DNA of 64,000 bases from Ramazzottius varieornatus (GCA_001949185.1 BDGG01000004.1:3363625-3427624); one strand, 5' to 3'; counted from the first letter of the stretch, positions 28,496 to 43,604 are shown. The notes: a model not told the origin generated them from the sequence alone. Program-made: numbers and translations.

Positions 28496-29223
28496 ATGGC
28501 GCAAATGGTACTGACGGCGCTATCCCTTTCCCTCGGAGTCTTCTTCTGCTTCGTTGGCACATTGAAGCTTACCCAGGTCGTCAGTTATGAGATGCACAAG
28601 GACTTGGTGAGCAGAAGGACTCGCCGCTTTGCTCGGTGACATATGGGCAGTACTCAGTAGCAGTTCTGGAACGTATGAATATGGATGTCTTTTCTTTTGC
28701 AGAAAAAGAATTTTGCTGCACAAGCCAAAGTATTCCCACTGGCTTCCTCGCTTGGAGTCAAGGTTTCGCCAAAGCTTTACCGTGAAGCTGTCGGCTGGAC
28801 CGAAGTGATTTGTGGACTCGCTCTGCTTTTTATGCCAGGTGGGTTCGGACTTCTCGCGTTGTTACTTGATCATCTTGATACGAAAATTAACACTGTTAAT
28901 CAAGAATCAATCGATCTGATATGCGGTTCGGCGATAAAGATGGATTTCCATCGCAGCATCGCGCCATCGGACTTGTGTGACAGTGGCAGTAAAAAGAATT
29001 TACTTCCTTTGCAGGTCATATAAAACAGGTTGCAAACGTGGTATTATTTCTGACAGTATCGTTGGCAATTTTCTCACACTGGAAAATTAATGACCGGCTG
29101 GACAGGATAGCTCCAGCCATTGTCTTCGCCCTGATGCTCGTTTGCAGATTCGTCATCAGCATCCAGCAGTCACGACGGAAAGCTCGAATTAATGATGGCG
29201 GCTCTGACCGGAAAGCCGAATGA
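28496..29223 (+). CDS. TMEM35: TMEM35/NACHO nicotinic acetylcholine receptor chaperone
   Basis: MAQMVLTALSLSLGVFFCFVGTLKLT...|KKNFAAQAKVFPL...YREAVGWTEVICGLALLFMPG|HIKQVANVVL...DRIAPAIVFALMLVCR. Four TM segments and a C-terminal di-basic ER-retention-like RKAE. Confidence 0.88.
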
Positions 29224-29788
29224 GATGGTGCAAGGCTCCGGGCGGTTCGCAGCCTTATCTGGACAAGATTCTCTTACCGTGATGCGTTAGTAGACCTCGT
29301 TCTCAAAAATCTCCAAAAACAACCAATCTGTTTGTCTTGTGTTGTTCTTCGTTTCCGCGGTTTTTACGCAAGTTCGTATTGTATTGGGATGCGTCTTCTT
29401 ATTTACTGCTTGGGTGTCGATCTTGTTACTGCATTCATCATTTCGAAGTGCAAAATTGTCAACGTTAGGATGAAGAGACTCGCAGTTCTCTTTGGTTCTT
29501 GATCTAGGTTTCCATATTCCATACAATTCTAATCTAGTCTGCAAAACTGCTGTGCAGCTTTATGAGACAAGATGTCTTTCTCCAGCGATCAAAGACTAGC
29601 TCTTCATTAACTAGCTAAATTTTAGAGATGCCTCAGGGACGCAGTATTTACAATTGTCCAAGGCAGACCAAGGGTTCCTGTTAGAGCATACTGTACGACT
29701 TGACCGCAACAGTACAGTATAAGTGTGATGTTCACGCAGTATAGAAATGTTAAATTACGTTACTACTGTATTAGCAATCCACCGTATA

Positions 29789-29813
29789 ATGACATGTTGT
29801 ATCGTCATGTCAT
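29789..29813. promoter_or_regulatory. Candidate promoter motif (ATGACATG...GTCATGTCAT) upstream of DOCK
   Basis: Core 10-mer GTCATGTCAT at 29804-29813, about 320 bp upstream of the ATG, near three TACTGTA/TACAGTA heptamers. Confidence 0.4.
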
Positions 29814-30132
29814 TCAGTAATCCATTGATCACAAACAAACCCCACCTGGAATGAATGTTGATTTCCTTTGCTCATTCTGCTGTTTGCCATCTTTAACTTT
29901 CTTCGGGTTTCCCACATCGCTCGCATCCCGCAACAGTGATCGTGTCTAGATCACTTACTAACTGATCTGTTGGGTGTACTGGTCTCTGCTGGTCGAACCC
30001 GTCCGAGACATCTTGACTCCGTATTTGACTACTGTGTTTGTTTAGGGAACTGCTGCCTATGCTCGGGATGGCCGTGAAGGAATCACACGACTGATAAGAT
30101 TATTAGACTTGAACACTCGCCCTACAATGCAC

Positions 30133-33100
30133 ATGTCCGAGTGGAAGTCCTGTATATCCCAGAACATCGTTGGGATGGCCGTATGTAATTTCCGGGGAGC
30201 GGAACTGATACCACAATATGGGCTGAATGTTGTGCTTGGAGATCGAATTAGACTGATAGAGGGTGAGTCAGCTTTCATGAATTTCTTTCTTGTTGACATT
30301 CCTCGCCACTTTGGCTGATGGAATGCTGTTTGATGGTGCGATATGCACAACTTTATTAATTTTTGCGTGATAATTTGGCAGAAAATGACGCATGGTTTAG
30401 AGGACAATTGGACAAACCATCAGCAACAGGTGTCTTCCCCAAGAACATCGTCCATATCAAGCATGTCAACATTGAATTTGACCATCGCCTGGGAGAAACA
30501 GTCGTCTTCCACCAAGAACCGCAAATGGCGCAGGAAATTAGCAACACGCTGAAAGAGTGGGGACAGAATGCCAGAAACTTATTCCTGTCAGGTTAGTCAA
30601 GGAAATTCGCATATGCAGTATATAGACAGGAAATGTATACAGTGCAGTATTCATATATACAGGCGTGTTTTATCGAATTTTGTTCAGGTGACGAGAACCT
30701 GCGGACCTTGAGGCGAATTGGTTATGATTTGGTGGAGAAAAGGAAGCAAATACTGTCGGGCGCACTTCCGCAAGATGAACTAAGGGGCGTACAGAGCGAA
30801 GCAGTGGTAAAGCTGGACGAAGGAAACAGTCTTCTGAAGCTCGACACGATTATTCGAGACGAGAATGGCATTGCCGTGAATTTAGATCGTTTGAGCCTGG
30901 TCGAAATACATCGATTGTTTAAGCGAGCGCAGCTAAATTCCGCCCTTCCGTCGGACATCAAGAAGCACGATGTGCAACGGTACTCCCTGTCCTGCTGCTT
31001 CTTGTTCCACTTGCGAAGTGTGGTGTGGAAGATTGTCGATGACGCCGATGTCATCGTGAGTATCTACGACGAAGCCAAGTCCAGCTTCTTGACGGAGAAC
31101 TGTGTATTGGAGTGGACACACAGCAAACAGGCCTTGACATATGGCGGAAAGATCCTGTTTGCTGACTTGAAGCGTTTTACAGATTCGGCACATTTGTATT
31201 TGGTGTGCCAAATCATTAGGAAAGGCAACATGGAATGGAGAGATAACGTCGAAGGCGCCCCGAAGAGAACATCGTCACAGGTACGAAGTCTCGTCCTTGT
31301 TTTTCGGTTTTTTTCTGATTTCACTACGCACGGCCTTGACTATCAGCAGCTCGGCTTCAAGGCCGTGCCGTAAGTATAACTACGCTTTCCGGTCACCTTC
31401 CTTGTCCAAAGTAGTTTATTGATTGTGTGCGTTCTGCAGGTTGTGAAAAGGCCTTTTGGAGTGGCAGTGTTAGCTATCACACCTTTCCTAAATCGCACTG
31501 GAGCAGTCGAAGACGACGAACGAAAGGAATGCCTCTTCGCGCCCATTGTATTCAACGGAGAAAGCGAATCAATGGTCAACACGATCCGCAGAGCTCTGCT
31601 CCTCAAGCCAACCGTAGAACAGCGTGGGCAGTCGGGCTTGCTGATCACCGGCGCGATATACCCTGGTGGAGTGAAACAAGTTCGAGAGGAGTACCCACAG
31701 GTCTTTGTGGGTAGTCCGCCGGTCTGCCGAATCCTCGGTTACCCTGATGTCATCGTCCCATCCGACGTTCGAAATGACATTTACATCACGTTGGACAGAG
31801 CTGAATTCCGAAACGCCGGAGCCAGAAACATCGAGGTATATACCGAACTTTCGAGAGATAACTAGCTCTGTTTCTGTACCGTTGTGACGACGTATCAATA
31901 CTTTAATTTGCGTTTTTCGGTTGTATAGGTGTCTGTCAGTGTTTGTGACGAGCAGGGCAAGCTTCTTCCCGAAGCCGTTTGTGCCGGGGTTGGTGCTGCT
32001 CTGACCGACAAGTATCTCTCCTGCGTCTACTACCACAAAGACGCTCCAGTGTGGAATGAGACGCTGAAGGTTTCTGTCGGGTTCGAAGACTTCTCCACTT
32101 CACACGTCCGCTTCCTCTTCAAGCACCGCTCGTCAAACGAAACGAAAGATAAAGCGGAGAAACCATTTGCTTTGGCGTACCTGCCTCTGAAAAGCGAAGA
32201 CGGCACCGCGTTACAGGACAAGTCGTACGACTTGGCTCTGTACCGAATCGACAGCAGGAAAGTGACTGAGGAGAACCTTCCTTCATGCTACCTCAGCCTA
32301 CCGTTTGAGAACTCGGCTGCTAAGAACGAGGTGTCGGCCAATGTGACGAATGGTACTGGGAAAGCAGTGGTTGGTCCATCCGCAGGATGTTATTTGTATA
32401 GTTCGAAGGAAACCTTCTCGGCATCAAGTCTGGTCTACTCGACAAAGCTGACGCAGAACTTGAGTCTTCTCGGTCTGCTGAAGTGGCGGTCGGGACACTT
32501 TGCCTTGGATAGCAACCTGCGCGCCCTTCCGATGCAGAGCGGTGCACAGGTACACAATTGAAGAATTCTGACTTGTCCGCCCGTATAGACTCCCAAATAC
32601 TTACCATAGTTTTCCTTCAGGTTGTTCGGTTTCTGCGAGATATACTCGACGTCCTCTTCGAGATACTCTCCTCACAGAACGGCGTCTCCGACAATTATGA
32701 CGTTCAAGTCTTCGAAGCTCTGGTCTTTCTGATCGAGCTGGTCACTCGTGAATTTCAAAACTTTCGCAGTACTCTGGAGATGTACATCAAGGAAGACTTC
32801 TGCGCTACTCTGGGATACCAGAAGCTAATTCAGCGGCTGTCGTTCCTGATTAGTGACATGACGGTGCCCTCAGACGGTCCTCGGATGTTCTTCATCAAAA
32901 CCATGAGGGGGCTCGAGTACATCTTCAAGTTCATTGTGCAGTCGCGGCTGCTGTACGCCAAAATGAACCAAAACCAAGGCGAGCACGAGTTCCGTGATTC
33001 CATGGAGGCCTTGCTAAAGTCTCTGGCCGACTTTATGCACCGCGATGTCCAGACATTCCAGACAGCTCAAGGATCTGCCTTGAAATTCATCCCTTCAATC

Positions 33101-36100
33101 ATTCCTGAAATTTTAAAAGTAAAGCAGCTCTTCCTGAACATATTTCGCAGTGCAGTGATCAGTAATTTTTTCGTGCAGGTTATGGATCCGGTGACAGTCA
33201 GCAAATTCTTCGTGGAGCTGATTCGGAACGCTCCCACCGGAAGGTTCCTCTCACAGCTCCTGGAGTGTGTTCTGGCTGTCGTCCAAAGTCCGCTGTTTCA
33301 GCTGAGCGAATGCCGCAATGTCCTGATGCGCTTCATCTGCCAGTATCTCCACGAACTGTACATGGCTAAGCGAGACCTCGCTGCTTGCGCGGTTGTCATC
33401 AGTGAGATGCTGATGCTGCTGTCCGCGTCGGGTGTTGGACCAACGCACAAAGACTTGTCCATTCTGATCGACATTCTACTACCCGACGTGGTTGAAACTG
33501 TCATCCAGCTTGACGAAAACAGTCCGGTGGTAAGTCAGGGGTTGAAATGGCAGGTCGGCCAGCTTAATGCACGGGTTTCATGCACCTTTGTACTCACATC
33601 ATCGTAAATATACGTTTCCATGTATGCAGGTGCCTGTCGACTGCTCAGTTGTCTATGTATAACATCTGTGTCACTGTTGTCACTCTTGTTAACTTTGAAC
33701 CATATGCTTTATAGGTTCAGGATTACTTGGTCATCATGCTGACCATCTTCCGGCAGATGACTGAAGCTCATTATAATGCCTTCCTCGCCACGTTCGAGAC
33801 GGACATCTGCCTGCTGGATTTCCTTCAAAAGATTTTCGTCGCATTCCGCGGAGTGCTCTTCAGCAAGTCTGTTTTCAAAGACGAATGGTCGGATATGATC
33901 ATGATGAAGAACATGATCGTGCTACAAGTCCTGTCCCAGTTCTCGCTGATCATCCGCGAGCGCTTCCTGAAGCCGTTCACTGAACAGTTATGGAGTAATT
34001 CCTTCCAGTGTATGGTCGCCTTTACGACTCAAGAGTCGCTACAACTAGAGAACTTTTCCGAGACCAAACAGAAGCGGATACGAAGAAGGTACGATGACAT
34101 GCGGCTGAAGATGGCCTGCGAAGTCCGCGCCATGTGGAATAGTCTCTATAGTCACAAGAAGAAGTTCGTACCACACTTGGTCGGTGCGCTGCTGGAGATG
34201 AGTCTCATTCCAGTCGAAGAGCTTCGACGAGCCATCATACCCATCTTCTTCGACATGATGCAGAGTGAGTTCCGTCTGCCTAAGACGAGCTCCTACGCGG
34301 ATCCGGCTGAACTGAGTGCAGGCCGCCGGGAAATGATGGAATATCGCACCATTCAGGTAAGAATTTTCTTTCTTAGAGCAAAGTGTCTTTCCGTTTTTTT
34401 CAATTGTATTACTGTTATATTTCGTTTTTGGAACCATCAACGTGGCCAGATATTTATTGAGAATTATTTATTTTTATGGCGCTTTGTAGGGGAAGCTTCA
34501 AGCATTCGAACTACAGATGATCAAGTCTCTTGACGTATACATCGAGGGAGGTCGCGGAGATGCGGCCTACGTCGAGCTCTTCGAGGAAATCATGGTCGAA
34601 CGCTGCAATAACAACTCGCAAATGCGCGATAAAAGTCTACGCTTGGTTGATCAGCTCGTCGAACAGATGCGTCTATTGCTGGAGTACCGCAACGTCATGA
34701 TGTCGTCCGACGTAGACATTGAATCGAGAATGTGTTGTACAGTCAATTTGCTGGAGTACTACGAGAAGATCTGCAAGCGGGAAATGTACATTCGGTATCT
34801 GTACAAACTTCGAGACCTTCACCTGCATCTAGGTATAACATTGCGTCTGGGGGCTCATCTAAGTAACATGAAAGCTAAAACGAGAATTTTCCCAAAAAAC
34901 ATAGTTACAAAACATTCTGTGTCAGGGTGAAAATTCTGGAATCTTATCTTGGTTACTCTTTTCTGTCAGGAAATTATACCGAAGTGGCCTTTACATTGGA
35001 ACATCACGCCCGGTTGCTTCTATGGACTGATGAGAACCTTCCCTCCACTCTGAAGCCCACCGACAAAATCAACCACGCTGAACACCTAGAGACACATCGT
35101 GAACTGAAAGAAGCCCTTTTTTACGAGATGATCCACTATTTTGACAAGGGCAAGGCATGGGAGTACGCCATCAATCGAGACAGCGGTATTAGCAGAGAAA
35201 ACGGGGTCTTCAAAGAATTGATGACACTGTACGAGACCGATACGTTCGAGTATCAAAAGCTGAGTAGCCTGCTAAAATCTATGGCGTCCTTCTACGACAA
35301 GGTGATCAGTCCACAAGAAACTCGGGTGCCTTGCGAGTACTTTCGCGTCGCTCACTATGGCAAAGGCTTCCCTACGTTTTGGAGGAACAAGGCCTTCGTG
35401 TACCGCGGGAAAGAGTGCGATAACATAAGGGACTTTACTGAAAGAATACAGAATCGTTTTCCGGGATGTGTAACCCTAAAGACGATGGATCCACCTGACG
35501 AGAAGATCACCGAATCGGACAAGATGTACCTCCAGGTATGGCATTACTGTAATCTTGGTTCTTGTTGTGGTATCAATTGTAATTTGACATTACTATCCGT
35601 AATCCGTTACAGTTGGGAGCTGGGCAACGTACAAGCTCGTTATCTGGAGCGGCGCACACTTCCAGCAAACAATAATGACATCGTGCGCCAGTTCAGATGT
35701 CGATCTTGCACAATTTGTTTACCCAGCTCGCAAGCCTTTTTATTATTTTGCGTAACTGCACAAAATATAATGTATACTATACACCATAGTGTGTTACTTT
35801 ATGAATGTATGCAGGTGCATGCAGAGGTCGGATTATGTTTCGACTAGTAGTTTGGTCAACTGGTGTTTGACGATACACTTAATGTTGCAGATATGGAAAG
35901 TGGAACCGGTAAACCAAATCGATGATCGGTTCGGCGGTAAGCAAGTTAGTCACAGAATCCGAAGTTTTTTCTTGACGAACGACGTCAACACGTTCACCTA
36001 CCATCGACGTTTGAGTACGAACGCCAAAGACTCGGACTTCGGCAGCCTCTGGCTAGAGCGAACCACCGTCACCACTCGTTCATCGCTTCCGGGTATCCTC

Positions 36101-37363
36101 CGCTGGTCCCAGATTGAAACCACGACCACCACCCAAGTCTCTCCTATCCAAAGCGCCATTGAGACCCTTCAGGCCAAGAATGATGATATCTACCGTCTAG
36201 TAGAGAAGTACCTGGAGAACCCTTCCGCCGAGATGGACCCACAGATGGGTTCCGTTCTTGGTGGTGTTGTGGACCCAGCTGTGAACGGTGGTATCTCAAA
36301 CTACGAGAAAGCTTTCTTCACGCCGAACTACCTAGACAGTCATACTTCGTCAGATGATCGAGAGAAGATCGACGCGTTGAAGGACCTGATAGCCAATCAG
36401 GTTCCGCTGTTGGAAGCAGCTTTTGAAGTGTATAACCTGAAGGTGAAGGATAACATGCGTCCTTTTTACGCTCACATCTATGAGTGTTTCCAGAAGCAAA
36501 AGTCACACGTGGAAACTAGTTACGGAGTACGCCAAAGTATCTTCCCGAAGCTCGTGCCTAAACGAACGCAACCACAACCGGCTGCCAGATCGTACAGTAA
36601 CGTGGAAATCCGGAAGAATGGGTCTTTCGTGTCGTACGATATTCGACTAGACTCTGGTAACGCCCCATCCGTGAACGGGTCTAGTAGGACGAGCATGTCT
36701 TCTGGGAAGAAGAACCCGCTACGAAGTGCTGGAAGCCTTTCCACCCTGTCGCTCAGAGGTAACTTTTGATGCCAACTCTAATAAATTGTTCCCTTATTTC
36801 CGTCTGAAACATTGTTCTGTAATAATTTGAGCATACATTTTATCTGGATTTGTGATACAGGCAACCGGGAAAGTACAACGATAGCACCAATCCCACTCAA
36901 CCAGCCTCTACCCGAATCTCTTCGTCCTCGTCGCGACACTGACAAACGGATCACCCGTCCCACGAGCGGCAGTTCGCAGCACCAGCGTCGTTCCTTGGCG
37001 CTAGCGGAAGAAGAGTCCTCTCCTCCTCCAGCTCCGCCCTTGCCAGCCAAGAAGATGTCGCTGGATGGTTCCTCCAGTGGCACCTCTCTCGTCGAGAATG
37101 GCTTCACCACGGCTCCTCGTCGTCGACTGCGGACGTATGAAGATCCGGGTTTGCTAGAAGACACAACTCCGCCCGAGAAGCCGCCACTGTCGCCATGTAC
37201 GGGTGACGGACCTGATTTACCACCGAAGATCAATCGAACGCGAACGCCTCCGCTAAACTCCGTCATACCGAAGACGAACGAAGAAGATACTGCCTTGCCT
37301 TACTTGTTGGGGAATTCATCGTTTCTTCAACCTCCAGAGCCGAAGAGCGAAAGCTCTGCATAG
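30133..37363 (+). CDS. DOCK1: DOCK-A family Rac GEF (Dock180/myoblast city/CED-5 type)
   Basis: N-terminal SH3 (AWFRGQ...TGVFPKNIVH), DHR-1/C2 (VRNDIYITL, SCVYYHKDAPVWNETLKV), DHR-2 (MYIRYLYKLRDLH, EYFRVAHYGKGFP, GVVDPAVNGGISNYEKAFF) and a Pro-rich tail (PPPAPPLPAK, PDLPPK). Confidence 0.93.
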
Positions 37364-37612
37364 TATTTTCTACTGACAAGAAAGCTTCTAAATTGACAGC
37401 TATTTTTCTTGGCAAGCTGACCTAATCTTTCAACTGTGATTCTTGTTAGCGTTCTTCGAGTTTTAATTTTGATTAATATTTGAACGTCTTCCTTACATTC
37501 TTTTTCCATAGTTTGATCTGCTTTTTCGTTTTGTGCAATCTGCGTTGTGCGGCTGCTCTGCATGTGAATTTTATTTTCTTTGTATACGATAAGACTAAGG
37601 AAAACCATAATT

Positions 37613-40600
37613 TTAAAACTCTGACAAGGAGATGGTTGACGTAAAATCATCGACTAAAACAGAACCACTTCGCACTCTCTTCCAAAACTGGGTAAGAGTT
37701 GCTCGCTCAGCCGAATGGCGAAGTGTAAGACACAGTCTTTGTAAACAAGGACAATCTTCCAGAACGTTCATCAAAAGCGGTAGAATTTGCCCTACCGAAG
37801 AGATGCCTCTAACGTCAATATCAGACCATGGAATGTTTTTCTCCTTCACAGTTCGAAATAACAGCTCACCTTCAGTGGCGCCAAGCGAAAGATTATGAGC
37901 TAAGCTGATTTTCCGCAAAGCTCGGAAGCTATAAAGACAATCCAAGACCTGAGCAAAGTTCTCTGAGGAGATACCGCAGTGAGCTAGAGAGAGTTCTTCG
38001 ACATGCACTGGCGTCTTACTTACGCCTGCCAAGAACCTCTGCGGGAGTAGATGACCATCGGTCATCGTGAAGGACAATTTGACTACCTTTATGTTCTCCG
38101 GGAGAATCGACATCAACTTTGCCACGCCCTTGGACTGAAGCTTGTTGAAGGCTAACGACAACTTCCGCAGTCGAGGAGGTCTAGCAAGTGCTGCTCCAAA
38201 GATCAGTTCGCAGCCATCGAGACAACCGGAAGTGAAACCGCAGTCGTCAAGCGTAAGTGAGGTCAAGTCAGGTAGCTCCATCAGCATGGTAGCGAGGAGT
38301 GGAAGACAGTCGTCAGTGAAGTCGTTGTGGCCCATGTGGAGTTCTGAGAGGTTCTGCAGTGACTTCGAGGTCGACGTGACGAGCTCGGTCTTGAGCGCTT
38401 CTAGACTGGCGATGCCCAGATCCGTGCATGTCAGGTTGAGTATGGTCAAGTTTGGAATCGAAGGAAGAATATCTGAAAATGGAGTATGATGATCCCTTTT
38501 ATTTTTTATTTCTCTTCAGTTTCGTTTCTTTATACATTTTGTTACTTTTCAGGAAAGCTGAATAAGACAAATATTTTTTTCCGCCTACGAGAGATTTTGA
38601 ACGAGACAGTATTTACCTATCAGAGCGGAGAAACCGGTGTCGCCCATGGGATTGCCTTCCAGAGAGAGTTCCTTGATATTAGTCTCGAAGTGAAGAGCTC
38701 GAAGAAGGCAAGAGACACGTTTCGAATCTAGATTCAGTTCGCTGGCTTGAACCACCCCGCTATCATTCGCCGTGGTTAGAACTTGCTCGAGACTTCTTAT
38801 CACAGAACTACCCAATGTTTGACACGCCTTCGCATATCTCTCAGAGATAGGCAGAATGCTCCAGGACACCACTTCGCCGATCAGCTCTTCCGCCTCACTA
38901 GCCACATCGCAGATCTGATCGAGAGCCGACAGCATGGCTCCATCTTGGATCTTCATAAGGAGAACCGGCTTCTGCCCTTTCATCTCAGCGTACCGGTTGG
39001 CCGCCTCGTCTTTCAGCCATGCGACGGTACGCTCTGAACTTGCGGAGAGGGGAATGAGGACAACTGTCTCTTGGATGCGTACTCGCACCCGTCTGATCGG
39101 CTGTGTAGCACGAGCTGCAGAGGGAGGCAAGATCACAGCTAGTGACGGTGCAGTAATCACTGAAAGTGGCGGTTGGTCTGGAGGAGTGGCGAAGTGGGCT
39201 TGTGAAGGGGGTGCCGCAGGAGACAAGTTGCCAACCGCCGGTGTCAGTGCTGGAGAAGACGGAAAGCCTTTGTCGATACGGCTTGTGCTAGAGTCTACTC
39301 CTGACCTGGAAGGGCGTTCTGGCGAAATGGAGGTCCTGTCGTGGTCAGCAGAGGACAATGAAAGGTGGCCTGCAATCAAAAGTAAAACTAATTAGACGAA
39401 CTCTCGTTGATCCGCGTTTAAGTCTTATCATACCGCTGTTTTTGCCCTTCACGCTTGGCAGGGCACTTTCTCCCGAAGATCGCGTGGTCTTCCTCTTCGA
39501 CCCCGAAGACTGTCGCATACCAGAGGTATAAAACAAGTCCGCGGCAGTCTTGGACATCTTTTCTCCATTGTCCGAGACCATATCTGTGATGAGCCAGTCG
39601 TCCCCCACAAACTCATCAGCCGGTATCAGCGGTCCAGTCTTCGCTGGTTCCAGAGCTTCGGGCGTCGGCGCTCGTTTACGCTTCTCCTGCCGTCTTCTAT
39701 TTCCCTTCATGCTTTCGATAGTATCTCGATAGGTTTCAGCCGCGTTCTCCTCTAGATGAGGAGAAGGTGTCCGCTTTCGGCTCTTCTTGGCGGAAGACAT
39801 GTCGTCCTGCTTCTCGGCAGTTCGCGGTGCTTTCTGTACTTTTAAACGCAAGTCTTCGTGCTTCACTCCGGCTTGTATCATGGCCGCTTGTACGTCCGCC
39901 ACGAGGTCGTCAAATTTCTTCTCGGTTTCTTTGTCCATGGGTTCTTTGCGGAAGTTTTCATTCCTCCAGGTCATCAGTGCGTCAATAATAGACTTCTTGT
40001 CGTCATCTCGACATTTGACGTTAGCCCCTCGATTCAGCAACAGCCCAACCATGTCCAGATTACCTACGCACATGCAAGGTGCCATTGATAGAACATTAGT
40101 CAATACACTGGATTTACCCTGCAGTATTTCATTTTTGAATTATTTTTGTTTTGTAAAACTCTTTGCCGGCTGCAATTTAGGTGATCAACATGAGACCAAA
40201 TTACCTGCGTATGCGGCGTCTAATATGGGAGTGAGGCCTCTGCACTCTTTGAGGCCGCGGTCGTTCAAAGAAGCGTTGTGCTCGATGAGAAAAGTTGCTA
40301 TCTCGAGGTGATTGTGGTTCGCCGCTTCGTGGATGGGGAGCCAGCCGCAATGATCCCGCACGTTGACCGGATGCCCTTGTGCTACCAACTGCTTGACCCG
40401 TTTCACATTACCTTGGATAACGGCAGTGTGCAACAGAGTCTCACCCTTCTCGTTCTTGCTGACTCTGTAACCACCGCGAGCTCTGCTCTTCCCCACACCT
40501 ATCGGGAGAAAACCTATCTATCAAAGTGTCGATTTTACTCGATTAAAAGTGTAAATATTTACTGTTCTCTTCGTTATGTTCTTCTTCCGAATCAGTCGCA

Positions 40601-42402
40601 CTACTGAGATCTTCCAATTCCGGCGTCGAGGATCTGTCCACTCGTTCACTTCCTTCCTCCTCGGATTCTTCGTCGAGGTCCAAACCACTTTCTATTTCGC
40701 GCATCTCATTCTGGATATTAGAAATCTTCTCCTTGTCTTCGTTGGCCACCAGCAACGTCTCACACTGATCCCGCAGACACCGAAAAAGCAGCTTTTGCTT
40801 GCCAGACTTCTTTGCCTCTTTGACAGCGTCCTCGTAGCAAGTCAACGTGGCAGCGTTGTTCAGGCCACTTTTGTGCGAGTAATCCGCGATATTGAGCCAT
40901 GTTCGACACCGCTGCTCCGGCTCGTCTCGAAGTGCTAGCTCGGAACGAGAGTAGCGTATGGCATCGGTGAAATTCCTGAGGTCTGAACTAGTCTGGGCCA
41001 GCGAAACGTAGATGGCAGCCAATTCCGCGTTCGAAGAACCGCTCTCTTTCGCCAGTTCCAGAACCTGCGGTAAAATCCAAACCGGTTTTCGGAGTATGGC
41101 TTCTAGGCATCTTTGTGCGAACTATATACAAACACGTGGGTGTATCATACCTGTTTATAATATCTCATACCGGAAGAAAAGCAGTCATTGCCGCAGTACT
41201 CGTCCGCAATGGACTCAAGGTACTTCATGTTATTCTTGTCGTCCGCCGACTTGTTCATGTGGTTGATCGCCGACTGGACATTCCTGAGCCCAGCCAGCAT
41301 TCTCTTGGCCTTGGGCTTGAAGTCATCTCCCAATGCCTTGGACTGCAGAATCTTCTTCAGACAATGTCGTGACTCCAGAAATGCGTGCATCTCAAAGGCC
41401 ACTGCTGCTCGCAGAAGTAAGATTTCTCCGACAACAGCCTTGTCTTTACTCTTTCTGGCAAGCACGTAGGCGCTTTTAGCGAACTCTTGGGCGGACTCCA
41501 GGTGTCCCATCTTCTGCGACATGGAGCCGAGCGCCACCAAGCATCTCGTTTCTTCCTCCTCGTTCTTGGCCACCTTGATCTGCGTTCGAGCATCCTACAA
41601 ACAGAAAACCGTAACTGTTACAGGGCGAAGCATACGAAAGCAAAGGATACTAACACAGCATACGAGCGACAGGAGAAACAGTTCGGAAATTAACGCGAGG
41701 CAAGACGGATGAATCGGCCACCCACGTTTTGTGCCTGAATGACGTCACAACGGGAACGAAAGTTGATTGGGTGGCCGATCCAACCGCAATGGCCGACTTG
41801 TCATTCTGATACATAATTTGTACCTGCAGAAATTTGAGAGCTTTCATGTAATTCCCGCTCAGTTCGAAGCATATTCCCAGATTCAAATACAGTCTTCCCA
41901 CCATCAGCGAGTATTCTTTACCCTGTTGCTTGGCCATTTCGTCTCTCAGCAGCAATGCGAAATCCAGGCTGAGGTTGAACGATTCTAAAGCCTTGGTGAG
42001 GCATTCACGAAGTTCGCCCGTAGCTTCTGCTCGACATAGATACGTCCGACCAAGAGTAGCATGTGCTCGTTGCTGTTCGATATCGCTGTCTAGCTCCCGC
42101 ACGATCTCGAGGTATGTTTTTTGGAATCGTTCAGCTTTCTCGAACTCCTCCATATCACAGTAACATTCACCGATCTTGCGGTTGGCAATAGCGATGCCCA
42201 TCCGATCTTTGATCTTCTGGCACATTTCGAGCTCCGTCTCGTGCTCACTGATGGCGTCTTCGTATCTTCCATCGTTCCTCAGCAGTTCACCCAAATAGTT
42301 ACATATCGTCGCCACCTCCTTCCAGTTTCCTTTCACCTTGTTATTCTGTTTGTCTCTCGACAAGTCATCGATCTCTGATTTCGTTCCAGTTTTCCTAACC
42401 AT
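37613..42402 (-). CDS. TONSL: Tonsoku-like DNA repair protein
   Basis: N-terminal TPRs (CNYLGELL, AIANRKIGECY, QQRAHATLGRTY), ankyrin repeats (KNEKGETLLHTA, RDHCGWLPIHEAANH), UBL-like RVRVRIQETVVLIP...TVAWLKDEAANRY, and C-terminal LRRs. Confidence 0.93.
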
Positions 42403-43051
42403 TCTCTGCAACAAGCATTCTCTTCATCTTGCCATATACGAAATTCTGCTCTGACATTCATGTTCGTATGACGTGTCTAGCACCAGTGCTGGTACTTACC
42501 CTCCAATAATATGACGAGATGGGTCGAAGAGTGTTGACTGACACAATGTAAATCCTCGAGTTTGCTTACGATTGCGTGGGCATAACGGTGGACTCAAGAA
42601 GGTTCTAACGGAAGAAAGACCACAGTTTTTGGATGTCAGTCAACCGTAGCCTTCGAGATGGATGTGTAGCCATGGCGGATCTGAGCGACAATCTTTCTGG
42701 AAGAGCATAAAAGACCCAGACAATTGGAAATTCTGACAAAATCAGGCAGACAACAATGGGAAAATACGATTTCCGCCTTATACAGGATGAGTCATCGGTA
42801 GGTCAGAGTCATATAAGATATAACATGACTTACATGAGCAAAACAATCAGCTGTCTTGGCTACGCATTGAATTCCCCTTTTATCTGTCCATCAACTTCCC
42901 AACTTCCAAGCATCCCTTCATGTTGCCTTCAGGGCAGTCTGATGATCTGCAGTAGTACTTTGACCATTTGGACTCCCGGGACTTGTATAACAGGACGAAC
43001 CTTCGAGTGGAGTAGTACTTAACAGAGGAATCATTCATTCACTTGGTCAGA

Positions 43052-43604
43052 ATGTCTCGACTAGCATCGTCGTCTTCGTCCTTGGTCAGCAGGGTGGCAG
43101 GCTCCGGGCTCACACGGGAAGTAAAGCCTCTTGTATCGACATCCAAAAGGGAAGCTCGGCAACGCGTCTTGAACCTGTACCGATCATGGTATCGACAAAT
43201 GCCCTATATCAGTAAGTTCGACCCTCGGAAGGTTCTGAAGTTGCGGTTGCTGACGTGATTTCTGTCTTCATTTTGTAGTGATGGACTATTATGTTCCTGT
43301 CAGCGTGGCTGATTGTCGCAAGAGGCTAAAGGAAGTCTTTGCAGCAAACAGACATTTGACGGATATACGAGCCATCGATATGCTTGTCATAAAGGTAATG
43401 CGGGACTGCTGGCAATAAACTGCGGCTGTGATTGCGGACTACCGTGCACTTTACAGTTTGTGTCTCGTTTAGGGTCAGATGGAGCTCCGGGAGACTATCG
43501 AGGTATGGAAGCAGAAGACACACTTCATGATGTACTTCCGAGACACGGTGAAGCAAAAACCTTCCGAAGGATTTCTTTCAAAGTTTCTGGATGGAAAAAG
43601 CTGA
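43052..43604 (+). CDS. NDUFA6: NADH dehydrogenase 1 alpha subcomplex subunit 6 (LYR family)
   Basis: [28 protein letters not shown]...[13 protein letters not shown]|[19 protein letters not shown]...FLSKFLDG, with two introns. Confidence 0.92.

Noticed and set aside
28911-28971. Possible hairpin in TMEM35 intron 2
   Set aside because: Pairing is short and irregular; insufficient for a miRNA call.
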